NCBI GenBank assembly: GCA_951406725.2
Contig: OX597816.1
Span: 49,972,001 to 50,036,000, forward strand
DNA: 64,000 nucleotides
DNA from: Octopus vulgaris
Taxonomy: Eukaryota
Reading direction: 5' to 3'
Each line of letters begins with the position of its first letter. The stretch's first letter is position 1. Both the position numbers and the translations under genes were made by a program. Of the stretch, positions 42,670-56,591 are shown piece by piece. Below the pieces are notes generated by a model. It ran no database searches and was not told where the DNA came from. It worked only from the letters and a program-made list of their open reading frames with translations.

Positions 42670-44363
42670 GCTGGTGATGTAAAAATTTCGTGTGGCATTT
42701 TCCAGGGTGACTCACTGTCACCACTCCTCTTTTGTTTATCCTTAATACCTCTCTCGAAATTGCTCAATGACGCGCAGTACGGGTATAAAATGTTTGATAA
42801 AAATATAAATCATCTCGTTTATATGGATGATTTAAAGCTTTTTCAAAAAATGATCAACAACTCAAGGGCTTAATAGCGATAGTCAAACAATTCAGTGACG
42901 ACATCAAGAATGCAATTCGGCCTCGATAAATGTGCAAAAGGCTACCTTTATCAAAGGAAAAATGACAGAAACATCTAACGTTAACCTTGACCAACAGAAT
43001 GTCATAAAAGAACTAGACCCAGCGAGCTACAAGTACCTAGGGATAATTGAAGGGAACGGAATAAGGCATTCAGAGATGAAGGAAAGGATCAGAAGAGAAT
43101 GCTATCGAAGAGTGAGAGCAATACTCAAGACAGAGGCTGAATGCAAGAAACAGGATCGAAGCAATCAATGCATTAGCTATACCAGTCGTGACTTACAGTT
43201 TCAATATTGTTAACTGGTCAATTACTGAAATATGTCAGCTCGACAGAAAAATACAGGAAACTGTTGACAATGCATATAATGCACCACCCTAAGGCAGATA
43301 CAGAACGACTCTATCTGCCAAGAAAGAGGAGCCGTGGTCTTTTGCAACTGGCAATAACAATGAAGATTGCTACAATTGGCCTAGACACCTACCTGAAAAA
43401 CTCTGAGGACTGGATGCTAAAACTTGTCTCAAAACATGAAAACAAGAAAGCATCATACTCAGTCACAAAACAGGCAAAGGAATATCTAAGTGAATTCCGA
43501 ATACAACCAATTTCGGAGATAGATATACAAGAAACAAGCACAGAAAAAGCTAAGCGCATGAAAACCCGTGCCAAAACTGCGGCCTTAGATATTCTGAATA
43601 ATAAATGGCAAGAAAAACCTCTCCATGGCAAATGCCCAAAGAGAAGCGAATAATGCAGATATCGACAAAGCCCTGACCATCAATGGCTAATGGCCTCTGG
43701 CTTAAAATCTGAAACAGAGGGGTTTATCATAGCAGCTCAAGATCAATGCCTACCAACAAGAAACTACCAGGCCAACATATTAAAGATCAGAAGCAGTCCA
43801 ACGTGTCGTGTATGCAAGCAACAAAATGAAACCATTGACCATGTGGTCTCCAAGTGCAGTCTTCTAGCGCCTACAGAGTATCTCAACAGGCACGATAGAG
43901 CTGCACAATATATTCACTGGGTAATCTGTAAAAACCTGGATTTGCCCCATGAAAAAAACTGGTGGGAACACAAACCACCCCCAGTGCTTGAAAATGACCA
44001 CATCTCACTCCTCTGGAACTTCACCATTCAAACTGACAGGAAGATAGATGCAAATAGGCCAGACATCATATTGAAAAACTTCAAACAAAGAACATGCCTC
44101 CTCATTGATATGACTGTCCCAATCGATATAAACGTATCTGTCAAGACCTACCAAAAACTGAGCAAATATAAAGATCTTGAAATAGAAATCAGCAAAATGT
44201 GGAAGCTGAAGACTAAAACAATACCTGTTGTCATAGGTGCCCTGGGAATAGTAGCAAAAGGGGCTGATAGCTACCTAACTCAGATACCAGGAAACCCAAA
44301 AATGGCAGAAGTTCAAAAGATAGTGCTCATGGGAACTGCTCATATCCTACGCAAAATACTCTC

Positions 44364-44364
<1 letters not shown>
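42668..44364 (+). mobile_element. R4/Dong-type LINE copy 1 (RT C-terminal half to end of ORF), 5'-truncated, frameshifted, no 3' UTR
   Basis: GIFQGDSLSPLLF, NHLVYMDDLKLF, CCHC knuckle, RHD, NRPDII..LLIDMTVP..KLSKY; preceded by (TAA)n at 42587-42667. Confidence 0.9.
43690..44364 (+). CDS. Zn-knuckle plus restriction-like (PD-(D/E)xK) endonuclease domain of R4/Dong retrotransposon (partial ORF)
   Basis: ORF 43690..44406: CRVC..ETIDHVVSKC, RHD, WNFTIQTD, RPD, IDMTVP, KY; reads into (AAT)n at its end. Confidence 0.85.
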
Positions 44365-44396
<32 letters not shown>

Positions 44397-44398
<2 letters not shown>

Positions 44399-45710
44399 GC
44401 TGGTGATGTAAAAATTTCGTGTGGCATTTTCCAGGGTGACTCACTGTCACCACTCCTCTTTTGTTTATCCTTAATACCTCTCTCAAAGCTGCTCAATGAC
44501 GCGCAGTACGGGTATAAAATGTTTGATAAAAATATAAATCATCTCGTTTACATGGATGATTTAAAGCTTTTGCAAAAAATGATCAACAACTCAAGGGCTT
44601 ACTAGCGATAGTCAAACAATTCAGTGACGACATCAGAATGCAATTCGGCCTCGATAAATGTGCAAAGGCTACCTTTATCAAAGGAAAAATGACAGAAACA
44701 TCTAACGTTAACCTTGACCAACAGAATGTCATAAAAGAACTAGACCCAGCGGAGAGCTACAAGTACCTAGGGATAATTGAAGGGAACGGAATAAGGCATT
44801 CAGAGATGAAGGAAAGGATCAGGAGAGAATGCTATCGAAGAGTGAGAGCAATACTCAAGACAGAGCTGAATGCAAGAAACAGGATCGAAGCAATCAATGC
44901 ATTAGCTATACCAGTCGTGACTTACAGTTTCAATATTGTTAACTGGTCAATTACTGAAATATGTCAGCTCGACAGAAAAATAAGGAAACTGTTGACAATG
45001 CATAGAATGCACCACCCTAAGGCAGATACAGAACGACTCTATCTGCCAAGAAAAGAGGGAGGCCGTGGTCTTTTGCAACTGGCAATAACAATGAAGATTG
45101 CTACAATTGGCCTAGACACCTACCTGAAAAACTCTGAGGACTGGATGCTAAAACTTGTCTCAAAACATGAAAACAAGAAAGCATCATACTCAGTCACAAA
45201 ACAGGCAAAGGAATATCTAAGTGAATTCCGAATACAACCAATTTCGGAGATAGATATACAAGAAACAAGCACAGAAAAAGCTAGGCGCATGAAAACCCGT
45301 GCCAAAACTGCGGCCTTAGATATTCTGAATAATAAATGGCAAGAAAAACCTCTCTATGGCAAATACCCAAAGAGAGCGAATAATGCAGATATCGACAAAG
45401 CCCTGACCCATCAATGGCTAATGGCCTCTGGCTTAAAATCTGAAACAGAGGGGTTTATCATAGCAGCTCAAGATCAATGCCTACCAACAAGAAACTACCA
45501 GGCCAACATATTAAAGATCAGAAGCAGTCCAACGTGTCGTGTATGCAAGCAACAAAATGAAACCATTGACCATGTGGTCTCCAAGTGCAGTCTTCTAGCG
45601 CCTACAGAGTATCTCAACAGGCACGATAGAGCTGCACAATATATTCACTGGGTAATCTGTAAAAACCTGGATTTGCCCCATGAAAAGGTTTAAAACAAAC
45701 ATAATTTTCG

Positions 45711-45746
<36 letters not shown>

Positions 45747-45910
45747 TTTTTTTCTTTTTAGACATTCATTAGTACAACATCCCCACCCCCCAAATATATG
45801 GCACACTAGGCATAACAACAACATGAACTTCCAACCCTGTTGTCTCTTGAGGTCTCTGGGTGAGACTTGGAGCCAACTTGTACAAATATAAAGCAAAAGT
45901 CAAACATAGA
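44397..45910 (+). mobile_element. R4/Dong-type LINE copy 2: same 5' truncation as copy 1, REL domain deleted, putative 3' UTR present
   Basis: Starts ATGCTGGTGATG after (TAA)11, matches copy 1 to 45686, then about 225 bp non-coding sequence ending in (TAA)5. Confidence 0.88.
44638..45693 (+). CDS. R4/Dong ORF fragment: RT end/thumb through CCHC knuckle (351 aa open)
   Basis: MQFGLDKCA, YKYLG, RLYLPRKEGGRGL, ETEGFIIAAQDQ, CRVC, RHD. Confidence 0.85.
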   Translation: MQFGLDKCAKATFIKGKMTETSNVNLDQQNVIKELDPAESYKYLGIIEGNGIRHSEMKERIRRECYRRVRAILKTELNARNRIEAINALAIPVVTYSFNIVNWSITEICQLDRKIRKLLTMHRMHHPKADTERLYLPRKEGGRGLLQLAITMKIATIGLDTYLKNSEDWMLKLVSKHENKKASYSVTKQAKEYLSEFRIQPISEIDIQETSTEKARRMKTRAKTAALDILNNKWQEKPLYGKYPKRANNADIDKALTHQWLMASGLKSETEGFIIAAQDQCLPTRNYQANILKIRSSPTCRVCKQQNETIDHVVSKCSLLAPTEYLNRHDRAAQYIHWVICKNLDLPHEKV

Positions 45911-45941
45911 ATAATAATAATAATAAAGCTTTTGATTTTCA

Positions 45942-47253
45942 TTTTTTAATAGCCTGGATAAACTATAAAAATGCTTTTGATAGCCCACCACATAGGTGGA
46001 TTAAGAAATGTCTGGAAATGTATAAAATAGGGTCTACTCTGCGAAACTTCTTTCTGTAAGTATGAGATAATGGAGAACTACACTAACTTTGAACAGTGAC
46101 GAAGAATCTCTAAATGCTGGAGATTTAAAAATTCCATGTGGCATTTCACAGGGTGACTCACTATCACCATTCCTCTTTTCTCTAGCCTTAATACCTCTCT
46201 CGAAATTGCTCAATGATGCATAGTACGGTTATAAAATGTTTGATAAAAATATAAATCATCTCACTTATATGGATGATTTAAAGCTCTTTTCAAAAAATGA
46301 CCAGCAACTCAAGGGCTTAATGATTGTTAAACAATTCAGTAATGACATCAAGATGCAATTTGGCCTCGATAAATGTGCAAAAGCTACCTTTATTAAAGGA
46401 AAAATGACAGAAATATCTAACGTTAACCTTTACGAGTAGATTTTTATAAAAGAACAAGCGGTGAGCTACAAATACCCTGGGGTACTTGAAGGGGCTGGAA
46501 TCAGGCATTCAATGATGAGGAAAAGGATCAGAAGAGAATTTTATCGCAGGGTGAGAGCAATGCTCAAGACATGGGCTGAACGCAAGAAACAGGGTCGAAG
46601 CGATCAATGCTTTAGCGATACCAGTCATGACATACAGTTTCAATATCATTAACTGCTCTATTACTGAAATATGTAATCTTGACAGAAAAATACAAAAAAT
46701 GTTGACAATGCATATAATGCACCACCCTAAGGCTGATATAGTGGGAGGCTGTGGACTTTTACAACTGGCATTAACAATGAAGATTGGCCTAGACACCTAC
46801 CTGAAAAACTCTGAGGACTGGATTTTAAAACTTGTCGCAGAACATGAAAACAAGAAAGCATCATACTCAGTAACAAAACAGGCAAAGGAATATCTAAGTG
46901 AATTCCGAATATAACAAATTTCGGAATTAGACATACAAGAAATAAGTACAGAAATAGATAAGCGCATGAAAACCCGTGCTAAAACTGCTGCCTTAGATAT
47001 TCTCCCTGATAGATGGCAAGAAAAAACCTCTCCATTGCAAATGCCCAAAGAAAGCGAATAATGCCGATGTTGACAACGCCCTTATCCATCAACGGCTAAT
47101 GGCTTATGGCTTAAAATCTGAAACAGAAGAGTTTATCATAGCAGCTCAAGATCAATGCCTACCTACAAGGAATTACTAGGACAAAATATTAAAAAATTGC
47201 AGCTTCCCAACATGTCATGCATGTCCACAACAAAATGAAACCATTAATCATGT
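45942..47253 (+). mobile_element. R4/Dong-type LINE copy 3, older and decayed
   Basis: AWINYKNAFDSPPH.WI, GISQGDSLSP, YMDDLKLF; stops; extends further 5' than copies 1 and 2. Confidence 0.88.
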
Positions 47254-48509
47254 CTGTACAAATCTTTGTAAAAGTATCATATCTTAAATAAAAGAAAGAT
47301 ACAACCCAGGGACTACACAATGAAAACTATTTTGTTTTATTTCTTTTTAAAATCAAGATTTGCTTTTTTCTATAAAACTACTTAGTACAGTAGTGCGCTC
47401 CTTAACCGTACTTTCCTATATGTGAGACTATCTAGCAATGACTATCTACATTTCCTATCTGCAACCAGTGGCAATGCGATGCTTGCATATATCTTCATAT
47501 ATATAACATGAACAGAAATAAAACTAAGGATTTCAAGGTCAGTGTTGATACTTTAAATCGAATCTAATTCTGACATTCTATAAAGTTGAAGAACGTTCTA
47601 CATAGGAGAATTGGTAAAGCATCTAAGACTGCTTCTGTTTAAGTTCTAACGTACTGGACAGCTTCTAGAGGAATATCTGCATACTTACTAACATGCTCTA
47701 ATCGTTTGCTACAGACACTCTAGTTTATCCTTTAACTATATATCTATCTATTATAACAGTCTTTAACATTCAGAGTTTCACTGCTGGATACCCACTCCGA
47801 ATTGTCAAATCAAAAATTGATTTTATTTCTCACATCGTTTTTCTCGGTGTATTACCTCATGTCCAACATGGAGATCTAAACTATGATCTCCACGATCCCC
47901 CTCATTCAAATTCTATAACCCTCAAATATTGTCTCACAAATTTCATTTCTCTCCAGACATAAATAAATATGTCTTGGAAAAGTGCACTGAGCGCATCGAT
48001 ATTTTCAGATTTGTTTACTAAAAAGAAAACGTGAATGCTGCTCATGATATAAATAATAAATTTTAAAATATGTATTTCCGTATAATGCTTCATTAATACT
48101 CTGTTGTGTCTGGGGAGAGTCGTTTTCTTTTTGTGCCTTATAATTTAACACACTCACCGATAAAATTTCCACTTATTTCTCTTTTCGTAAAATTTTCGTT
48201 GCCTTAATACGTTTTAGTTAATTACTCAAATGTAAGCAACGTCAAGTTAATGTTTCTTGTAGATAATGTAAACATTTGTTTATGGAGGATACAGTTGTAT
48301 TTTACTATCTCATCTAAGCTCACAGAATCGACAGAAAAAACATACTAAATGATGTTAGATATTTATTCAAATTTTTTACTGCTATGTACTGCGGTCCATA
48401 AAATAAGTTTCAGTAAAGTGCAGTTAGAAACAATGGACTAAATAAGCAACTACCTCTCCAAAAACATTACATGGCACTGAGGCGATATAAATACTCAATA
48501 CATCACACA

Positions 48510-48958
48510 ATATTGGTTTCAAAGTTTGGCCTAAGGCTATCAATTTCGAGGGAATGGGGTAAATCGACTACATTGAGCCCTGTCTTTAACTGGTACTTAT
48601 TTAGTCGACCTCGAAACGATGAAAACCAAAACTGACCGTGGCAGAACTTGAACACAGAACGTAAAAGACGGATGAAATACCACTAATCGTTTTACCTGGT
48701 GTGCTATTAATTCTGGCGTACAATGTCCTAATGGGTCTCATAATATTGGTTTCAAATTTTGGAACAAGGCCGGAAATTTTAGGGGAAAGTCCAAGTGGAT
48801 TAAATTGAACCCAGTACTCAACTGTTATTTATTTCATCGATAACTAAATGACGAAAAGCAAATTCAACGAAGTCGGAGGAATTTGAACAGAGAACGGACG
48901 AAATGCCGCTAAGCATTTCACTCAAAGTTGTAACAGTTCTGCCAGTTCATCGCCTTAA
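48510..48958 (-). mobile_element. Two tandem diverged family B SINEs
   Basis: Both begin AATATTGGTTTCAAA on the + strand (about 48509 and 48741) and contain the family B core. Confidence 0.7.
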
Positions 48959-50546
48959 TGGATAATATAATATTGCCCTTCTTAATATATCAGAGTATCT
49001 AGGCATCCTTTGTATCAACGTCCAAATTTCACCTGGAACGATTTTACCATTATTCATAGGTAAGGAAAGCAATTCGATTCCTCACTAAACAAAGGCAATG
49101 AAAGATTCTCTTCTGGTAGAATGATAAGGATTGAACATAATGTAGAAAATATCAACTATAGTTATTTTTCCGTACATTGCTATTTTCATATGATTAATCT
49201 TTTTCCGTGACGCTGACTTAAAGCGACTTATCAGAAAAGATCGACATGTGAACCTGCGCAAAGATGTGTACAATATATACAATACACACACACTTGGCTT
49301 AACAGCTCTCAATGTCTGTGTTACTGTTATTCTCCTTGCCCTGTCGTTTACTGTTTATATTTTGTACTGTTTTTACTGTCCTGTTTTTGTTACCATTTTT
49401 ACCCCTCCGCCAAAAATCTCAAATTTTATTTAATTTACCTTTTGCGGGAAGGAATGTTTCAACGGAGTCGTGTCTCGCCTTCACCTTCGAACGCGGAGTA
49501 GATGAGACAGAGGCGACTGAAGAAGGGGAATTTTCCTTGTGTTGTATGTCCTGTACTCTATTTTTTCGTTGTTTAAGAAAAATGTCCATTTCCTGGGTTT
49601 TGTGTTTATGTTTTCGTTTCTCATTGCGTTCGAGGTTTTTTTGTGTCCTGTACCCATATATGCATGTATATATACATATAGATGTAGGTATGTACATATA
49701 TGTATGTATATATGCATATGTTTTATTTATATATATACACGAATACATATATATATGTACATATCTATATCTATATATACATATATATATATATATGTAT
49801 GTGTGTATGAGTTTACATAAAACTATATATACACATATATGTACGTAATATGATAGAGCAGGATTTTGTTGTTATACATACATATGCATTTCACATTAGC
49901 CTTCTCTTTATTATTTATAACGGCCATACGGTTGATATTACATGTTTCAATAGAGTTCTACTTTTGAACGTATGCTATTATATCACTTCAGTGTTACGTG
50001 AGCGGAAGCTAAGAGAAAAATGCATCCTACTAAAACAATAAGAAAAAATTAAAAAGCCAATAAATGAGATATTCTGATTTAATCCTATGGATAAATCTAT
50101 AATGTGAGTGTTCGTAATCCATTGCCACATGAATGCACCATAACATATGAGAATGTAAGAAAACATTATTGAAGAAAATATTCCTATGATACTTAGCTCG
50201 GAGGAATTCAATTACAGAACTATAGAACATATTAATTCTTTAACAATGTGGTGAGGATCACGAATAACGGTGAATAATCTCCAAAGAAATCTGGAAAAGA
50301 TGTGATATTTCAAAGTAAAGGAAGCATAATAACTCTTCAGTAGGCACCTCCTAAATAGAGCATTGTAATGAGAGTGCTCGGTATTCTGAGTAAAGCACAG
50401 CAACTGTCCAAATATTATATCATACCTGAACACATGCCGCTGGTAGATTTCTTTGGAGTGGTTTTCTTTCTTCCGTACCTAAATTCAAACGTACACACAA
50501 TAGCACATATATTCAAATACACCGATAAACAAATATATATATAAAT

Positions 50547-50589
<43 letters not shown>

Positions 50590-50606
50590 CACGCACACAC
50601 GCATAC

Positions 50607-50664
<58 letters not shown>

Positions 50665-53171
50665 ATATACATGTAAACTAGAGTTTTTATATATATAAGA
50701 ATATATATACATATATACATACATACATACATATATATATGTAAAAGTTTCTTTGAAAATTACATATCTAATTCACAGTATATTACACTCTTTACTTAGA
50801 TTAATCGATTAGTGGGGTATGTTTCCAAGAGTAATAATTATATTTATGTTTGCTAGAAAATCTGTTCATAAGCTACATTATGGAACACTAAAGCAATATC
50901 ATTTCCCACTTATTTCTCTTATGAAACGGTTGCTCGACCGTTTCTTTCCGCTATTTCATGATAATATATTATGTCGGTATTGTTAGCGTAACAATGCCGA
51001 AAACATGACAGATGTAAGAATTAGATAATACAGAAAACGTGTGCCAATACTCAAAGGTAGAAGATATAAAAAATGTTAACATCTTAGAAGCTATTCTGAA
51101 AGATGAGAAATATATCAATTTATTCTGGGAAGATTACAAATATTTCTGTAAGAAAATCACGAACCATAAAGATGTATTTTGCGTCTTCATCTCTATAGGT
51201 ATCTAGCTGAAAGAAATGGTTTTAAATAGTTAAATTATACAAGAAAGCGTTTAGGAACTTGATTATGATTTAATATATTTGGATTCAACTCACGAAAATA
51301 ATTTGCAGAGCAAATATATATGTTCTATAAATATTATTATATTATCGAATATGGTTGTTGGATTAAAAACATTGTCCCTCAGAGAGATTTTGAACTCAAT
51401 ATCATCAAGTTTTGAAATAACGTTTTTGCAATAGCTTATTGCTGCTCTTGCGTTTAAAATAACTCATTCGTTCATTTTTTTTTGGGGGGGGGGGTGCTGT
51501 ATGAAGCAACACTGAAGTTCACTTCGAAATCAAGGCGCTGTGTTTGATTATAGTGTAAGGTTTCTTGCATAAGAAATATTTAATATAGTTGGACTCAATC
51601 CATAAATTGTAAGCGAAATTGGTAAGACTAAAATTATACACAAGCATATCCTTCGAATAGTACCAGTACTTCAAGAGCACAATTTCGTACCTTTCTCACA
51701 TATATTGTACTTGAGTAATATATTAAGGGTATACTTGTCAGTGGAAAGCTCTGGCACCTACACACTAATCTAATAAGACAGGTAGTCCAGTTGATCGAAC
51801 AACGGAAAGCTCTTCGAATATACTCCCCCATCAATGTAGAGGCCAGGTAACATTCAACAATACCGAATATTTTGTAAAACGAAATCGAATTATTCTGAGT
51901 TGCACAAAACAACAACTTACCAAACAAAAGAATATCCACTAACAATAAAACTATTTGTCCTCTATGCAATGACCAGGCATTTCAAACCACGATGTTACCG
52001 GTTGTCGTACAATAACACCTATAACTTATACAGCTGTGATCCGTTAATTCCATTTAACCACAAAGTACACAACAGACAAATTAGATTTTCGCTACCTAAT
52101 TCTAAAGTATGAGTTATTTTTTAAAGTCATAAACACTATATGTTCAATAACAGGAGAGAGGGAAGTGGGGAGACACAAAACATAGACAAGTTTCTAAGGA
52201 AGAGAATAAAGAAATTACCGAAGCTTCCTGCATTTTTTCATAGAACTCGACCTTACCGTCAACGTCTTAATCTGTCTACAATATGTGGGTGGAAATAAAA
52301 AACACTTCGGTTTACCTGGCTGAATGTTGATGGCAGCAAATATTCAATGTCATGAATAGATCATTAATGATCCAAAAGTAATAGATCTTGGACTGGAGAA
52401 CATTGAAATCGAGAATATCTTTAATACAAACATTAAGGTTAATCGAAACAACAACAGTTTGTAAACCGAAAGAAAAAAAGCAAGCAAAGTCTTTACCTTT
52501 GTCACTCCAATATTAGAACATGTTGCAGAGACACCATAGGAACGATGCAGCAATGAAAAAGCATGAGAAGTGTTAGGAGGCTTTTGTAACAAATGGGAAT
52601 ATTCATGGAAACTCGAATGAAAAATTATTATTTAGAAATATGTCTTGGCGATGACTTCGGTAAGAAGATAACTACATGTCGGATATCATTAAGCCACTCC
52701 GTATTCATGTATGCTGCTGATTGGTGTCACGGATCCAAGCTCGGCAGATCTACCCACAACAACTGCATGAGTATGTTTGTGTTATACTTGGCTTCACTCC
52801 GATACATCTCTTCTACCGTGCGCTCCTTTACTCTCTGCCGACACGAGAATTTGTATAAAATATGCTTGTAGCCTTCTAAAACGAAGCTTTTTTGTACCGC
52901 TTCTTGGACGCATCGCGGTTTCGACACTCAGAAAACAACTATCAGTAGAGCGCGATCTGTGTTAATTCATGGTCCACTATGCTGGAGACTTACCCTGCTC
53001 AACACTGCTGTGTGATCATACGAATGCATTTGATACATCTTGTCTTGGCTTTATTGAGGACATCTCTGTTGCTGATGCAGTCATTCTTGAGGGTATTTAA
53101 TATGCTATGCAAAATGCTCATAGTTTTGAGCTGACCCTGCAGTATATAGAGGAAACTCACAAGGAACTATA

Positions 53172-53228
<57 letters not shown>

Positions 53229-53269
53229 CACCACCACCACCACCACTACTACTACTACTAGTGGTGGTG

Positions 53270-53309
<40 letters not shown>
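53172..53309. repeat. Self-complementary compound microsatellite (TAC)(CAC)(TAC)-(GTG)(GTA)
   Basis: Seen directly. Confidence 0.9.
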
Positions 53310-54387
53310 AAGCTGTTGTGTGAATTGGTAAAAGTATTAACACAAGAGCAATTACATCGCTAGCGTTTACAGAATGCCACCATAAAATGTTTGCAAGAAA
53401 AGACGATACATAGGCAAATGCTAAAGAAGCTGAAGTGATCGAAAGTAAATAAGTACAATTCGCAACACACGCTGAGAGCCCGAAGTCTCATGGGTGCGAT
53501 GGAAGCAATCTGGATTGCAGGGCATAAGCAAAGACAACCTTACACTTGAAACGATCGAAGAGTATGAAACGGATTACTGTAAATACAAAGTACGTGGAGA
53601 TGGGAAAGAAAAGAGAAACAACATGTTACGTACACTTGCGTCAGAAATTAATTAGCACTTCTCAAATTTCTACATTAAATAGGTTAAATCAATTAACCTA
53701 TGAGCTGTTCAAAACGTCTTACGCGATGAGAAAACTTAGTATGGTGTGATTTCGGTCCTTGCGAGGCGCTACCTATATCTATTAAACAAAGGAAGATTTG
53801 TCTGCATCCGCACTCCAAGTTGTTGTTGCACAACTATGTCAACATCATAAGGCTGTAGACTCTCAAACTGCTCTGCAAACAAAGTTACGTCATCGTTCTG
53901 CGCAACAGTGAACTCGCAACAAAGCAATAGTTCGAGATATGGCCACTAGGTGACAGCACATACCTTGAGTGAAGAGCAAATCAAGGGTGCTAATTAATTT
54001 CTGACGGTAGTGTATATGCACACACTTAGCTAAATAAAAACAAAACAATCGTGACAGAATTGGGAATTAAATATAAAGAATGTGATACATTACGAAATAT
54101 CAATTCAAATCACTCCCCTAAATCATGAAGAGAATTCAAGAATTACCGACGTAGCATACTCTGGGGTTAGGTTAGTATTCACAACTAGTCCATGACATTA
54201 CCCAGTCTTAACTTGTGCTTTTTCGACACTGTTTTTCCTCCATGAAGGATTAAAATGCAATTTTGACATCAGCGGAATTTGAACTCAGAAGGCAAATAGA
54301 CGGAATTTCATCACCTTTCACTACGACTACTACTACTGCTAGTTTTACTCCTTCTCCTACCACTCCTCCTCCTCTTCTTCTTCTTCT

Positions 54388-54457
<70 letters not shown>

Positions 54458-54508
54458 AATAATAAATAATAACAATGATAGTAATAACGATGATAATAAT
54501 AATAATAA

Positions 54509-55031
54509 TGATTTCTGATCTTAACTGATTGGGAGTGTTATCATGTACATTGTTCTGTCTTGGTATAAAAGATGGGCTACAGCAAATATTCTGCTCAATA
54601 CCACAGATTTGCTTGTCAGTTGTTTGACTTTAACCAGTTGAGCATGTCCCTTAGTGGCTGACGATATGTGCATCTCTGATCACGAACAGAAGTAGTGGGG
54701 GAGCATCATAGCCATGTGTTGAGAGGGATTCTTTGGGGTTTGAATAATTCACCTCTGGAGACATGGGTGGGTTTTTCAACATCCTTAAACAACCCTTATT
54801 CAGGGACCGTTTGAGCGGGATGGGCTACTCAACCTGAAGAAAATTCTAACTGGGCCCCACCTGCAAGGTCATGTGCAGTTTATCTTGATATGAGATCACC
54901 ATGCCGCGCACATATGGTTGTGATGCATGTGCCTGGTATGCCCTTATCAGACGGGTAGTCATGATGGGTATATTGGGCTTCGTATATTTTACCCCAGTGT
55001 CACTTTGATGACATGAACTGCTCTCTCACTC
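54509..55031 (+). mobile_element. (TAA)n-flanked non-coding repeat, second copy
   Basis: Matches 29720-30477 minus the SINE; (TAA)n on both sides. Confidence 0.8.
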
Positions 55032-55088
<57 letters not shown>

Positions 55089-55995
55089 TTATTTGTGAAA
55101 TGGCTTATTTTTAGGCAAAGTTGAAAATGTTTCAAGCTATACAAATTTGCATACCATTTTGAGAAGTGAACATCCATCTATGTTTTTTAAAATATATTTT
55201 AAGCTTTCCTGCGTTGCTCACGATTATCCGCAGACATACGCCGTAATTGTGATAATCATTTAATAGTTAATATTATATAATATAGCAAAACATGTTAGTT
55301 TATATTAATACTTTAATGTAAATTCCATATATATATAATTTACATGAATACTCACAAAATTTTCTGTGGAAATAGAGCATGATTGTTATAATTATTTATA
55401 TGGAATTAAAATTGTTTCTATTAGATTGAAACAGAAGTTAATTTCGATCTTGATGTAATACACAGCCTCTTGTTAATATAACACATGTATATACTAGAAA
55501 ATAGAAAACCATGTATTTAGGAGGAAATTAATCACTTCACAGCAATACTTTAATTTCAATGATTCTAAAAACATAAAATATCAACACAGGAAATTACATG
55601 TTTATGTTACAACAGTGTTCATTTTCTATTTAATATATATTATCAAGCACAGCAAAACAGCACTTTTGATATCATGATACTATACCAATCTCAAAACAAG
55701 ACACGTATTAAAACATAATAATTCGCATGTAATTACACAAAGGCCAATATGCTCTCAGCTAAACATCATTATAAAAAAAATCATGATGTGATTCGAAATT
55801 AATTTTGCTAAATATATAACAAGTAGAAATGGGGGAAATTAGAGAAAACAGAATAAAGATTACATCATTATTCCAGTCTTGAAGATATTTTCCCCGTAAT
55901 ATACTAATTAAATGCTGATAATAATATTTGTTGAATAAGTACAGCTATAAAGGAGAGGATGTTAATATAAATTGCAAGTAATTGTAATGTAGTTA

Positions 55996-56435
55996 ATTGA
56001 GGATCGTTATCGAAATCATGTGTGATTGAAATGCTTCAGTTTATTAAACCTCTGCTCATCGAAGTGGTATGTGCGATTCTCATAAAGGGCGTGATATATA
56101 TCTGATGTACGCATTCTCGTTGCATTTAATTTCACTATTCATACATATACATAGTGTGCTCATAGCCTAATGGTTAGAGTGTGGCACTCACAATTGCCAG
56201 AGCGTGCTTTCAATTCCTGAACCGGGTGGTACAGTGAGTTCTTGAGCAAAAGAATTTTATCGTAGATCATCGCTTCCTTTGACATCTAACGCGTGATAGC
56301 CCGTTCATCCGTTCAGGCAACGTAGAGTTGATGGTGGGATTGAGTTAATGTGCATCACATACATTTGATCATTATAAACAAATCATTTGTGCATTTTATA
56401 TTCAGCAAAACAATTCTGCTTACGAGAGACTATCG
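55996..56435 (+). repeat. Diverged local direct duplication, copy 1 (flank plus tRNA-SINE at about 56155)
   Basis: Aligns to 58820-59277, including the upstream flank ATTGAGGATCGTTATCGAAA. Confidence 0.75.
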
Positions 56436-56530
56436 ATATCACCATTGTACAAACATAGATGATCACACACCACGCATGCACAGATTTACATTCAAACATA
56501 CACACGCACACACACGCACGCACGCACACG

Positions 56531-56591
<61 letters not shown>

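Noticed and set aside
42587-45926. CRISPR-like or prokaryotic repeat-spacer interpretation of TAA-separated units
   Set aside because: The units are kilobase retrotransposon copies in eukaryotic DNA, with no short repeat-spacer array or cas genes.
49935-49998. Minus-strand CTGAAGT...GAAACATGTA
   Set aside because: Core A9 is changed and there is no stem I; too degenerate to call.
52340-53100. Possible decayed RTE-like LINE pieces
   Set aside because: Only vague motif resemblance; class and strand cannot be assigned.
53940-53958. CTCF-like motif TGGCCACTAGGTGACAGCA
   Set aside because: A single imperfect match, probably transposon-borne, with no functional evidence.
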